IMG/VR virus record: IMGVR_UViG_3300023273_000426
Location: 1 to 64,000 of that record
DNA: 64,000 nt
Source of the DNA: a virus
Reading direction: 5' to 3' (one strand)
Under the pieces are notes generated by a model. The model was not told where the DNA came from. It saw nothing but the letters and a program-made list of their open reading frames with translations, and ran no database searches. The first letter of the stretch is position 1. Every line of letters starts with the position of its first letter. Both the position numbers and the translations under genes were made by a program. Below are positions 36,987 to 46,261 of this stretch, piece by piece.

Positions 36987-37487
36987 TTAAGTACGTATAT
37001 AACTCATAAGTTCACCTACATTAAAATATAAATCGTCAAGACTTCCGTTGTTGTCAATAGTAAAATCAGCCATCCATTGTTCAAGGCTCATACTATTTCT
37101 ACGTTCAGGAGGTAAGTAATCACTACGATCAACCCATATACAATAGTCGAACACACCTGTGTTTTTCATAGCGTGAAATTCTTTTTTATTTCGAAGCCCA
37201 CAATAGATATCATAGGCTGCAAACATCTCTCTACCTAGAGTCGCTGCATCAGGAACATTATAATCGCAGATAGCATCATACCATTCTGCTCGGTGATTAT
37301 GCCTGTCAGCGTAACACTGTTCTTCATTATCATATCCATACTTGTCCTTTAACTGATCGTAAATAAACAACTTGGAGCAAAACTGACTACTGCTCTCAAA
37401 ACTATAACCATACGTATCTCTTAATATTTCGCACACAGTATCTTTACCGTGTCGGCCGTGGCCAATAACTAGTAACTTTTTCTTCAT
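36987..37487 (-). CDS. Deoxynucleoside monophosphate kinase-like protein
   Basis: IGHGRHGKDTV P-loop, GLRNKKEF, IWVDR and IDNNGSLDDL. Confidence 0.7.
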   Translation of the reverse strand: MKKKLLVIGHGRHGKDTVCEILRDTYGYSFESSSQFCSKLFIYDQLKDKYGYDNEEQCYADRHNHRAEWYDAICDYNVPDAATLGREMFAAYDIYCGLRNKKEFHAMKNTGVFDYCIWVDRSDYLPPERRNSMSLEQWMADFTIDNNGSLDDLYFNVGELMSYIRT

Positions 37488-37493
37488 AAGTTT

Positions 37494-37522
37494 AATATAG
37501 CATATTATTTAGACTTTGTCAA
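37494..37522 (-). promoter_or_regulatory. Sigma70-type promoter (leaderless) with TAAATA inside its spacer
   Basis: TTGACA-17 nt-TATATT with a TGn extension, then 6 nt and ATG 37487. Confidence 0.75.
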
Positions 37523-38332
37523 TATCCATTTTGAAAAAAGATCTGCCCAATCAATGTGTGCTTGTTCGAGAGGATGGTCTGATTCTTTTCCACGTTTGTA
37601 TTTGTTTTTTGTTGCCCAGTTATGAAATCCAAGGCCATCTTCTTTGTGTACATTATTAGGAAGATCCAATCTTGCGATCATGTCTTGTAAAAACACATTG
37701 TCTTGATTTAATAACTCTGGTTCTATATCTTTAAATGCCGACGTAAAAAAATATTTAATATTATGATTCTCAAGCCAGTTTGTTAAATATTCAAGTTGCT
37801 GTAGTGGATAATATACATGGTTATCGTGCGTGTCACGTCTAGCATAAAACTCTACGTGTGTTCGTGTTAAATGTTCTGACGCCCACATTTGTCTTCTACT
37901 GTACAACATTTCATTTGAATAACCTCTAGTCTTACCGTCTCCGTCTGAAGGCAATGAAGTTAAAAATCTATCTTCGTGAGTTTTTATTTTTCTACCTGCA
38001 GGATATATACTAGGATATTCTCTGCGTAAAATACTTGTCCACATTACAACTACAACAATGTCTTCTGGTTTGTGTATTTTTAAATGGCGGCGAGTTTGAT
38101 ATATTACACGTCTAACTATACTGCCGTAATCTGCACCTGGCACAGCAGTATTATCAACTGTTGCATTGGGAAACATTTTTTCTTGAAGCAAGTTTGGCCA
38201 TGCAGTATAGCTTATCTCGTAGCATATTCCTTTATGAATACGATCCCAACTTTCGTCTGCAAGTTCAGAGCCTGCTGTAAAACTACAACCTCCTGCTATT
38301 ACTTTTTTGATATTAGTAAATCTGTTATCCAA
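37505..38332 (-). CDS. SGNH/GDSL-like hypothetical protein
   Basis: GGCSFTAG, NTAVPG, VVMWT...RRE and DHPLEQAH. Confidence 0.55.
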   Translation of the reverse strand: MDNRFTNIKKVIAGGCSFTAGSELADESWDRIHKGICYEISYTAWPNLLQEKMFPNATVDNTAVPGADYGSIVRRVIYQTRRHLKIHKPEDIVVVVMWTSILRREYPSIYPAGRKIKTHEDRFLTSLPSDGDGKTRGYSNEMLYSRRQMWASEHLTRTHVEFYARRDTHDNHVYYPLQQLEYLTNWLENHNIKYFFTSAFKDIEPELLNQDNVFLQDMIARLDLPNNVHKEDGLGFHNWATKNKYKRGKESDHPLEQAHIDWADLFSKWILTKSK

Positions 38333-39083
38333 TTAAAAATCCGTAGCCAACACCACCTGCAACAGACATAGCTAAGTCGTTGTCAAGTTTTTCCATTTCT
38401 TGTTGAGCTTCGGCTTTAAGTGAATCACCGTTAAGTGTAGTGCCGCCACCAGGGCCAGCAATAGTAGCAAACTTACTACGTGCTTCACCTAACATATATT
38501 TACAGTTAGCAAGAGTATATTCCTTAATCCATTGAAATGCTTTGTAGTCTTTGTACAACTCAAAGTCAGGTCTATGATTATAACAATACAGCAATACTTC
38601 TTCCTCAGCTCTTGGTCTTGTTAATATAGTTAGTTTTTTTGTACTAGTGTTCCAAACAAATTCGATAAAACTACCGAACATTCTTCCTACTAGTTCTTGT
38701 TGTTGAGCAAAGAAATCGTATGTAGCAAGTCCGCCTATGCCGCTACCTGCCAACAAGTATGTGTTTGTATAAGCAAGGTTAAACGGTTCAAATGTTGTTC
38801 CGCCACTGTTGCCACCAAGTCTACTTCCTACACTACGTCTATGAACTTTACGTACCTCGATTATTTCATTAGGTAGTGTATATGCATTTACATCTTCGGT
38901 TAGTGCAAGAGTAATATAACTTTCTTCAACGCTGTTTTCGCTGCGTTGTCTATATCGTGCAGTTGCTTTTCCTAGTGCAGTTTCGTAGTGTATAGGATCT
39001 AGTTCTACATCTACCATTCCGCCACCTAGAAAGGCATTTACGTAATCAAATATTTCTTGTTTCTGTGTTGTAAGTTCGGCCAT
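38325..39083 (-). CDS. Neck protein (T4 gp13-like)
   Basis: LGGGMVDVEL, WIKEYTLANCKYMLGEARSKF and GPGGGTTLNG. Confidence 0.85.
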   Translation of the reverse strand: MAELTTQKQEIFDYVNAFLGGGMVDVELDPIHYETALGKATARYRQRSENSVEESYITLALTEDVNAYTLPNEIIEVRKVHRRSVGSRLGGNSGGTTFEPFNLAYTNTYLLAGSGIGGLATYDFFAQQQELVGRMFGSFIEFVWNTSTKKLTILTRPRAEEEVLLYCYNHRPDFELYKDYKAFQWIKEYTLANCKYMLGEARSKFATIAGPGGGTTLNGDSLKAEAQQEMEKLDNDLAMSVAGGVGYGFLIG

Positions 39084-39099
39084 AGTTTGTCTCCACTAG

Positions 39100-39114
39100 T
39101 ATTTATGCTAAATA
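39100..39114. promoter_or_regulatory. Back-to-back late-type TAAATA motifs for gp13 (-) and gp14 (+)
   Basis: TATTTA at 39100-39105 and TAAATA at 39109-39114 in a 36-bp divergent gap. Confidence 0.65.
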
Positions 39115-39119
39115 TACAT

Positions 39120-40274
39120 ATGCCAAGACTTAGTTTATACAGACCCGAGAAAACAAAAGATTATTCCTTCCTAGATGGTATTGTCTACGAACAGTTTACC
39201 GTTGGAGGGACTGATTTTAATATTCACAAGTATCTTGGTCCAAAGACCACATTGGCAGATGATGCAACAGTTGAACAGCCTGTATATGATGTTGTAAAAG
39301 AAACAAACATACAAGATTTATTATTTCTTGAAAACAGAGACAGAAAGTATGATGCTGATATATACACAATCAGAGGTCATTACAACTTGCAAGATCAAGA
39401 CTTTGATTTGAGTCAGTTTGGATTGTTTTTACAAAACGATACATTGTTTATGACTATACATATTAATAGTAGTGTAAAAACACTAGGTAGAAAAATAATG
39501 CCAGGTGATGTAATAGAACTGCCGCACATGAAAGATGAATATGCTGCAAATGATTACAACATTGCACTAAAACGATTTTATGTAATAGACGAAGTTACTA
39601 GAGCAGCAGAAGGATTTAGTCAAACTTGGTATCCGCACTTGTATAGATTACGTGCAAAACAAATACTAGATTCACAAGAATACAAAGACATACTAGATCT
39701 TCCAGCAGAAGAAGGTAGTGCAAATACGCTTAGAGATGTACTTAGTACTTACGAAAAAGAAATGCAAATAAATGAAGCTATTATAGCGCAAGCAGAAGTT
39801 GATGTTCCTCTTAGTGGATATTCTACTATACAGTTCTACACACTACAACTGTCTGATTCAGGCGAAATTGAAATTGTAAGTACTGACTATGACAGTTTAT
39901 TAGCTGATGATCAGATAACAGCTGACACTGTTTTTGTTACACCTGATGGAAATGGATATCAAGGATATTTAGTTGGCGATGGTATTCCTCCAAATGGAGC
40001 ACCATACGGACAAGGTATTGGGTTTCCGGGTGCACCTGAAAATGGAGACTATTTTTTAAGAATTGATTTATCTCCTAATAGATTGTTTAGATATGACGGA
40101 AATAGCTGGCGCAAAATAGAAGATGCAGTAAGAACCACACTCACACAAACAAGTGGTCGCGATACTCTAAAAGGCACGTTTATAAACAACACAACAGTAA
40201 ATAGTATTAGCGGAGAAGAGGTTGTTGAAAGACAGGCTCTAAGTAAAGCTCTTAGAGCAAAGGCAGGTGACTAA
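39120..40274 (+). CDS. Neck/head-closure protein (gp14-like)
   Basis: DLSQFGLFL, GRKIMPGDVIELP and WYPHLYRL; lies between the gp13-like and gp15-like genes. Start ATG 39120. Confidence 0.7.
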   Translation: MPRLSLYRPEKTKDYSFLDGIVYEQFTVGGTDFNIHKYLGPKTTLADDATVEQPVYDVVKETNIQDLLFLENRDRKYDADIYTIRGHYNLQDQDFDLSQFGLFLQNDTLFMTIHINSSVKTLGRKIMPGDVIELPHMKDEYAANDYNIALKRFYVIDEVTRAAEGFSQTWYPHLYRLRAKQILDSQEYKDILDLPAEEGSANTLRDVLSTYEKEMQINEAIIAQAEVDVPLSGYSTIQFYTLQLSDSGEIEIVSTDYDSLLADDQITADTVFVTPDGNGYQGYLVGDGIPPNGAPYGQGIGFPGAPENGDYFLRIDLSPNRLFRYDGNSWRKIEDAVRTTLTQTSGRDTLKGTFINNTTVNSISGEEVVERQALSKALRAKAGD

Positions 40275-41977
40275 TGCAATACTTTTATGATGGACAAATA
40301 CGTAGATACATTACACAGATTGTAAGAGCATTTAGTAACTTTAGCTATCGTGACGGCGACGGTGATATCAAAGTAGTTCCGGTATTGTACGGAGATATTA
40401 CAAGACAAGTTGGCAGTATTATTAGAGAAAACAGTGATAACAAACTACCAAGTGCTCCTCGAATGGGTGTGTATATTACTAGTTTGCAAATGGACAGATC
40501 GCGATTGAGTGATAGTAGTTATGTTAGTAAAATCAATCTTAGAGAAAAACAGTTTGATGAAAACACTAGTAGTTATATAGCACAACAAGCCAAGGGATAT
40601 ACAGTCGAACGATTGCATCCAACTCCTTACACACTGAGTGTTAATGTTGACGTATGGTCAACTAGTACTGATCAAAAACTACAAATACTTGAACAAATTT
40701 TTATGTTATTTAATCCAGACTTAGAGTTTCAAACATCTGACAACTATGTAGATTGGACTAGTTTAAGTGCATTGTATTTAGAAGATATTAACTTTAGTAG
40801 TAGAACTATTCCTGTAGGAACGCAAGATGACATTGATGTTGCTACACTAGGATTTACAGCACCAATATACATTTCGCCACCTAGTAAAGTTAAAAAACTA
40901 GGCATTATAACAGATATTATCACAGGTGTTTACAGTCAAGATGCTGGCACTATTAGTTTAGAAGGGTTTAATCCTCCTACTACATCGGATCAGGGTGTTG
41001 CAAGTGGTGTTACTGTATTACCAGATGGTACTGTTGTTAATGCAGGAAATGTTGGTATTACATCTACCTCAAGTGTAAGTAACACAGGATTAGATTTAAG
41101 CAATCCACTAGTTGTAAGTTATAGAGATTTTGATATTATAATTAATGACGACGAAGCCAAACTAGCTAAAAATAAAAAACTTCGATTAGGCGATATTAGT
41201 TGGTTAAATATTTTAGAAGCAGAGCTGCCGTCAAAATATCAACCCAACATAAGTCAAATAAGATTGCGCAGAGCAGAACTTAGTGGTGAAATAATTGGAA
41301 CGTTTAATATCCCAAGCAATGATACTCATACAATGATTATCGATTGGGACGAGGACACATTGCCGGCTAACACTATTATAACAGGACCGTCTAAGACGGA
41401 TGGAACTATTGATTATATTATTAATCCTATAACTTATAATCCTCAGACAGTAAAAACACCTGGTGTTAGATTATTATTATTAGGACCAATAGGTTATAAA
41501 GTTGAACGTAGTTTTAAAGCTACTACCAGTAGTAATAGAATAGATACTGATATAGACTTTACTATTACTACTAGCGAGTTGGCCGATAGAGCAGGAGATG
41601 AACGTGTTACAAGTTTTGAAGTATTTGTAAACGGAACACCAGTAGCAGCAACAAAGTCAAACATTGATGATAAGTTTATTATAAATCTAACTACAGCATA
41701 CAGCATCGACGACAATATCTCGTATGTGCTCAATCTAAACGAAAAAGGTCCTGATGCTTGGAAAAATGCAGATAATACAGACTTTTCAGCTGATGCAAAT
41801 GATATAGTTGAATGGGATGGATCTAAATGGGTTACTATTTGGAACTCTAGCAATGACAATGAAACTACATACGTTACTAATGTAACTACTGGGCAGCAGT
41901 TTTATTGGAACGGATATTATTGGCAAAGTGCAGTTGATGGTTATTATCCACGAGGAACTTGGACTATTACACTTTAA
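40274..41977 (+). CDS. Tail sheath stabiliser/terminator (gp15-like) with a long C-terminal extension
   Basis: YFYDGQIRRY, VPVLYG, PRM, PTPYTL and QILEQIFMLFNP. Confidence 0.85.
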   Translation: MQYFYDGQIRRYITQIVRAFSNFSYRDGDGDIKVVPVLYGDITRQVGSIIRENSDNKLPSAPRMGVYITSLQMDRSRLSDSSYVSKINLREKQFDENTSSYIAQQAKGYTVERLHPTPYTLSVNVDVWSTSTDQKLQILEQIFMLFNPDLEFQTSDNYVDWTSLSALYLEDINFSSRTIPVGTQDDIDVATLGFTAPIYISPPSKVKKLGIITDIITGVYSQDAGTISLEGFNPPTTSDQGVASGVTVLPDGTVVNAGNVGITSTSSVSNTGLDLSNPLVVSYRDFDIIINDDEAKLAKNKKLRLGDISWLNILEAELPSKYQPNISQIRLRRAELSGEIIGTFNIPSNDTHTMIIDWDEDTLPANTIITGPSKTDGTIDYIINPITYNPQTVKTPGVRLLLLGPIGYKVERSFKATTSSNRIDTDIDFTITTSELADRAGDERVTSFEVFVNGTPVAATKSNIDDKFIINLTTAYSIDDNISYVLNLNEKGPDAWKNADNTDFSADANDIVEWDGSKWVTIWNSSNDNETTYVTNVTTGQQFYWNGYYWQSAVDGYYPRGTWTITL

Positions 41978-41990
41978 AATAAGTAGTTGT

Positions 41991-42437
41991 ATGAACAAGA
42001 TAATTTGCAGTGGTGCTTTATTTTATAGCCTTAAAACAAAACGATTTCTTTTTTTACATCGCACCAAAGGAAAAACAAAAAACCTTTGGGGATTAGTTGG
42101 TGGAACAAACGAAGGCATTGAAACACCTTGGGAAGGATTGCAAAGAGAAATAACTGAAGAAATAGGCAATCTTCCAAATATTAAAAAAACAATACCTTTA
42201 GAAACATTTATAAGCAGCGATAATCATTTTAGTTTTCACACATATCTTTGTGTAGTTGATAATGAATTTATTCCAGAATTAAATAATGAGCATGATGGCT
42301 ACGCTTGGGTAACATTTGGAAAATGGCCAAAACCTTTACATCACGGGTTGAGTAATACACTACGAAGTAAAACCAATCAAAAGAAACTAGATACAGTTAT
42401 ACGGTTGGTAGATATAATATCTCAAACTGATTCTTAA
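41991..42437 (+). CDS. NUDIX hydrolase
   Basis: WGLVGGTNEGIETPWEGLQREITEEIG Nudix box; LNNEHDGYAW. Confidence 0.88.
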   Translation: MNKIICSGALFYSLKTKRFLFLHRTKGKTKNLWGLVGGTNEGIETPWEGLQREITEEIGNLPNIKKTIPLETFISSDNHFSFHTYLCVVDNEFIPELNNEHDGYAWVTFGKWPKPLHHGLSNTLRSKTNQKKLDTVIRLVDIISQTDS

Positions 42438-45027
42438 GCCATTCAAAATCATTAATTTTTACTAGTTCATCTGGATTGTCTGCATTCATTTCGCCAAATG
42501 CTTTACCTGCTTTTGCTCCAGCAATAGCTGCTTTTCCAAAAGGTTTATCATCTCCTCTTGAGCACCATGCATCTAATCTAAAATCAGTTTCGTCATCTTT
42601 TTGTCTAGCAATAGTACGACTAGCAAGTTTACAACATTCTCTAAATCCACTACGCCATGCACTAAATGCATCTGTATTAAATGCTGTTGTATTACTCATT
42701 TTATCTACACCTTTAAACTTATCACTAATACTAGTAGTCATATCAGTTGTAGTTTCGTCAAGGTTTCTTGTTAATCGAGTGGGCAGAAGTTTGACGCCAC
42801 CATACCCATACACTAGCCCGTTTACTGGATTATGACTTCTCCACACATGCACAGTATCTTTGCCGTCGATATCGTATGCAGGCACATAGTAATCAAACTC
42901 AAAGTCGTCTATTATTTCAGCATCGCCGTCAACAACCCAAAACATTTCTGTTTCAACTAACTCAGCAGCACGTTTATGAGCTGCATGAATTCCTTTGATA
43001 TCCATTACTCGTTTTGCTCTTGGATACTTTTCTTTTAGTTCATAGTAGTTGTCGTCGGCATTTGGTTCGCCATTACTAATAAACACAATATCATACGGCT
43101 TTGGCATACTACCAACTTCGTCGTATTCTTTTTTGTTAACAAAAAATCTATAATCAATTTCTCGTTGACTAATATTCAACTGTTTACTAACTAATGCAAT
43201 ACCGTCATAAAACTCGCTATTTTTCCAAACATGATTTATTCTACGTTCATATTGATTATGATGACTGATATAAAAATTCCAGTTAAAATCTTCATTAGGT
43301 AAAAACGAATCGTTTACAATCCAAAACATGTCTGTGTTACAGTTTTCTTTTGCTTCTAAATAATCTTGATAATCGTTTACTGTATATGTTGGATATTGTT
43401 TTGGTGTACTTGCTACAACATCATATTCTTTCTTTTTTATAAGAAAGCGGTGTTCAATTTCTTTTTCACTTACTAATACATTTTTACTGTATAATACAAT
43501 ACCATCGTAGTTGTCGCCATTTAAAAATACGTGATTGATATTTCTATCAAATGTATTTTGATGACTAAAGTATAAACTAAAATCAAAATCTTTGTTTACA
43601 TCAACGTCAGTAGGCACACCCCAAAACATTTCAGTGTCGGAGTTGTACAATGCATTTGTATAATCGTCATAGTTGTCAACTGTAAACTTTTTATATTTTT
43701 TTGGTTTACTTGCTACAACTACATGTTCTTTTTTATTAACATAAAATCTATGATCAAATTCTTTTTCAGATATAAGATCTATAGTATTTAATAATGCAAT
43801 GCCATCATAATCAACACCATTTAAAAACACATGATTTGTTGATCGGTCAAAAGAATCTTGATTGTGGAAATAGTTGTCCCATTCAAAATCACTCAACGGA
43901 TCTACGTCAAATGGGATTAGCCACATCATATCACTGCCGCAACTATGAAATGCACTCTTGTATTGCTCATAGTTTTCAACTATAAACTTTTCATAATCTT
44001 TTGGACCACTTGCTATAATGTCATGGTCAATTTTATGTTTTAGTTCTTTGTGTTCTATTTCTTCTTTGCTTACCAATGCTTGCTTACTAAACAAAAATAC
44101 ACCATCGTACTTGTTTCCGTTTAGCCAAGCATGATTAGATTTTTTTTCACTACTATGATGACTAATATAATAATCAAACTCAAACTTTTCGTCAATAACA
44201 ATGTTGTCTGAATATCCCCAGAACATATCAGTTGTCGAAACTTCATTTGCGTACTTGTAATCTTCATAGTTGTTAATAACAAACTTATCATAGCATCGTG
44301 GATTACTTGCTAAAATTCTTACTTCTTTTTTATTAATAAAAAATCTATGTTTTATTTCTTTGTCTGTTAGCTCGCAGGATTTTGGACAAAGTACAATGCC
44401 ATCTAGTGTGTCTATATCGCCATTGCCAAACACATGTGGAATATTAAAACTCCACTCGTCTGGCTTGTAGCTAAACTTAAATGTATCTCTTACTTCAGTA
44501 TCATCGTACACTATCCAAAACATATCAGTAAAACTATTTTGTTTAGCTGTGTTTATGGAGTCAACTACCTGTACATCAAACCCTCTAGTTTCAAGATTCT
44601 TTAAAACTTTTGTATCTTCGCCAATGTAAAAAATATCAAACTTGTCTTTTCCTTTGTAAGGATCATAGTGTCCGCAAATATAAGCATGTTGATTTACAGT
44701 ATATTCACCTTTTTTAGTCGGAACTAATCTAACTCTATTCCAGTCTTTGACTTTTCGGCTATTTTCAAATACATAAGGAAACGCATGTATACGAACTTCA
44801 TCCTCAGCTTTTGGTTTAAAGAACCAAGGAAATGAACTATATGTTTCAATACTTTCGTCAACAACCCACACATAATCAGAATCGCAATCTAACTTCCAAA
44901 CTTGTTCCAAATCTTCATAGTCGCTGGTTTTTACAACTGGATATTTTTCAAAAATATGATTCTTTAAAAAATCCTGTCCATTATGCACTGGTGTTCCAAA
45001 TCTTTCAAATCTATCAATAGCTCTCAT
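42397..45027 (-). CDS. Glycosyltransferase-like protein with about seven tandem GT-A-derived repeats
   Basis: Repeated (T)DMFW.V..D....F.F.Y...HVF.NG..YDGI units. The last has VVDGD, YGYGGVKL and AWRSGFRECCKL. Start ATG 45027. Confidence 0.7.
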   Translation of the reverse strand: MRAIDRFERFGTPVHNGQDFLKNHIFEKYPVVKTSDYEDLEQVWKLDCDSDYVWVVDESIETYSSFPWFFKPKAEDEVRIHAFPYVFENSRKVKDWNRVRLVPTKKGEYTVNQHAYICGHYDPYKGKDKFDIFYIGEDTKVLKNLETRGFDVQVVDSINTAKQNSFTDMFWIVYDDTEVRDTFKFSYKPDEWSFNIPHVFGNGDIDTLDGIVLCPKSCELTDKEIKHRFFINKKEVRILASNPRCYDKFVINNYEDYKYANEVSTTDMFWGYSDNIVIDEKFEFDYYISHHSSEKKSNHAWLNGNKYDGVFLFSKQALVSKEEIEHKELKHKIDHDIIASGPKDYEKFIVENYEQYKSAFHSCGSDMMWLIPFDVDPLSDFEWDNYFHNQDSFDRSTNHVFLNGVDYDGIALLNTIDLISEKEFDHRFYVNKKEHVVVASKPKKYKKFTVDNYDDYTNALYNSDTEMFWGVPTDVDVNKDFDFSLYFSHQNTFDRNINHVFLNGDNYDGIVLYSKNVLVSEKEIEHRFLIKKKEYDVVASTPKQYPTYTVNDYQDYLEAKENCNTDMFWIVNDSFLPNEDFNWNFYISHHNQYERRINHVWKNSEFYDGIALVSKQLNISQREIDYRFFVNKKEYDEVGSMPKPYDIVFISNGEPNADDNYYELKEKYPRAKRVMDIKGIHAAHKRAAELVETEMFWVVDGDAEIIDDFEFDYYVPAYDIDGKDTVHVWRSHNPVNGLVYGYGGVKLLPTRLTRNLDETTTDMTTSISDKFKGVDKMSNTTAFNTDAFSAWRSGFRECCKLASRTIARQKDDETDFRLDAWCSRGDDKPFGKAAIAGAKAGKAFGEMNADNPDELVKINDFEWLKNQFEILYLPTV

Positions 45028-45608
45028 AGTATATTTGCCTTTATTCCAAAATGTGCAAGTTTGATACTTGCATCTATCCATACTTCATAACCGTGATGCA
45101 TTGCTTGATTACAAAAGTATATATCCTCTCCGCTGAAAGTATCTAGTCGTTTGTTGTATTCGTGATCAAACCATGGCTTGGGTAGATCATTGTACACACT
45201 TGTTTTTGTAAGCATACATCCCATACCAACTGCCCATACTTTGTGCAATCCAAAACTAGCATCTAATCTAGTGTCAGTATTTTCACAATCAAGAAATGCT
45301 ACTGTACGATACGGTGCATACCTAGTACTGTATTGACCTGCTACAATGTCTTTGTTGTGTGACAACAGAGTTTCAAAAACAGATGGCGGAAAATGCATAT
45401 CGCTATCAAGCCATAAAATATGTGTAGCATTATTTTCTAATGCTTCTTTTACTAGTGCAGTTCGACTTTCAACAATCACACTACCACAAACAATATGCAG
45501 ATCAAAATCAACATTTTGTTTTGTTAATCTATTTGTTAAATGACAAAGACTGCGAGCAAACACTGTATTTACTTGATCACGTGCAGGAACACAAATACTT
45601 AGTTTCAT
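45024..45608 (-). CDS. GT2-like glycosyltransferase
   Basis: ICVPARD, SRTALV, HILWLDSDMHFP, GMGCML, PWF, GEDIYFC and LAHFG. Confidence 0.8.
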   Translation of the reverse strand: MKLSICVPARDQVNTVFARSLCHLTNRLTKQNVDFDLHIVCGSVIVESRTALVKEALENNATHILWLDSDMHFPPSVFETLLSHNKDIVAGQYSTRYAPYRTVAFLDCENTDTRLDASFGLHKVWAVGMGCMLTKTSVYNDLPKPWFDHEYNKRLDTFSGEDIYFCNQAMHHGYEVWIDASIKLAHFGIKANIL

Positions 45609-45609
45609 A

Positions 45610-45987
45610 TTACAACATAGTTGATGGCATAGTTTCTTCGTTTAAATCTTTTTCGGCTGATACAGTGTATTCGTTCCATGTTCTTGCAGCACTTGTTGCA
45701 ATCTTAACAGCTTCTTTAAAATCTTCTTTTGACAAACTAGCCATAGCCAGCATACTTTCAGGCTGTACTTTACCTAGTGTAAGTAAATCTGCACCTGCGG
45801 CTCTTCCTAACTTTTGAATCCAATGCAATCTATCATCATCATTTGGAATAACCATATCATCGATTGCAGCAAAAACTTTTTCGTGCAAATCTCCGTCAAG
45901 GTTAAGTGCTGTTGCTGCTTCTTTTTTACGTTCTTTGGTATATTCTTGTGCTAAGTCTACATTTAATACTTCGTATAATGTTTTCAT
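45610..45987 (-). CDS. Hypothetical protein
   Basis: 125-aa helical ORF with SD AAGGA. Confidence 0.7.
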   Translation of the reverse strand: MKTLYEVLNVDLAQEYTKERKKEAATALNLDGDLHEKVFAAIDDMVIPNDDDRLHWIQKLGRAAGADLLTLGKVQPESMLAMASLSKEDFKEAVKIATSAARTWNEYTVSAEKDLNEETMPSTML

Positions 45988-45998
45988 TTTTTTTCCTT

Positions 45999-46175
45999 TT
46001 AACCTGGTATTGGGAAATAGTAGCCACCAAAACTAGAACTCATGCTAATAGTACTGCCTTGACTAATACCAATATAAACACCTAGTGTACCAATAGCAAT
46101 AGTACTGTTGCCCGCACTAAAGTAGTTGCGGATTTGAGACATTGTTATTGTCGAGCCTGTTGCTGGTAATGCCAT
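45999..46175 (-). CDS. Small 58-aa fibre-associated protein (below the ORF-track cutoff)
   Basis: MALPATGSTITMSQIRNYFSAGNSTIAIGTLGVYIGISQGSTISMSSSFGGYYFPIPG*, with SD AGGAAG. Confidence 0.75.
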   Translation of the reverse strand: MALPATGSTITMSQIRNYFSAGNSTIAIGTLGVYIGISQGSTISMSSSFGGYYFPIPG

Positions 46176-46198
46176 ATTACTTCCTATTTCTCTCTATT

Positions 46199-46227
46199 AA
46201 TATAACACATTATTTAAGCAGTGTCAA
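46199..46227 (-). promoter_or_regulatory. Sigma70-type promoter with TAAATA inside its spacer
   Basis: TTGACA-17 nt-TATATT immediately after the fibre terminator. Confidence 0.65.
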
Positions 46228-46229
46228 GT

Positions 46230-46258
46230 AAAGATAGCCACGCTTGTGGCTATCCTTT
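46230..46258 (-). terminator. Intrinsic terminator after the giant fibre gene
   Basis: GATAGCCAC-AAGC-GTGGCTATC followed by TTT. Confidence 0.75.
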
Positions 46259-46261
46259 ATA

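Noticed and set aside
45988-45994. A-run just upstream of the 45987 start as another slippage site
   Set aside because: It lies in the SD-ATG spacer, outside any reading frame that could be fused.
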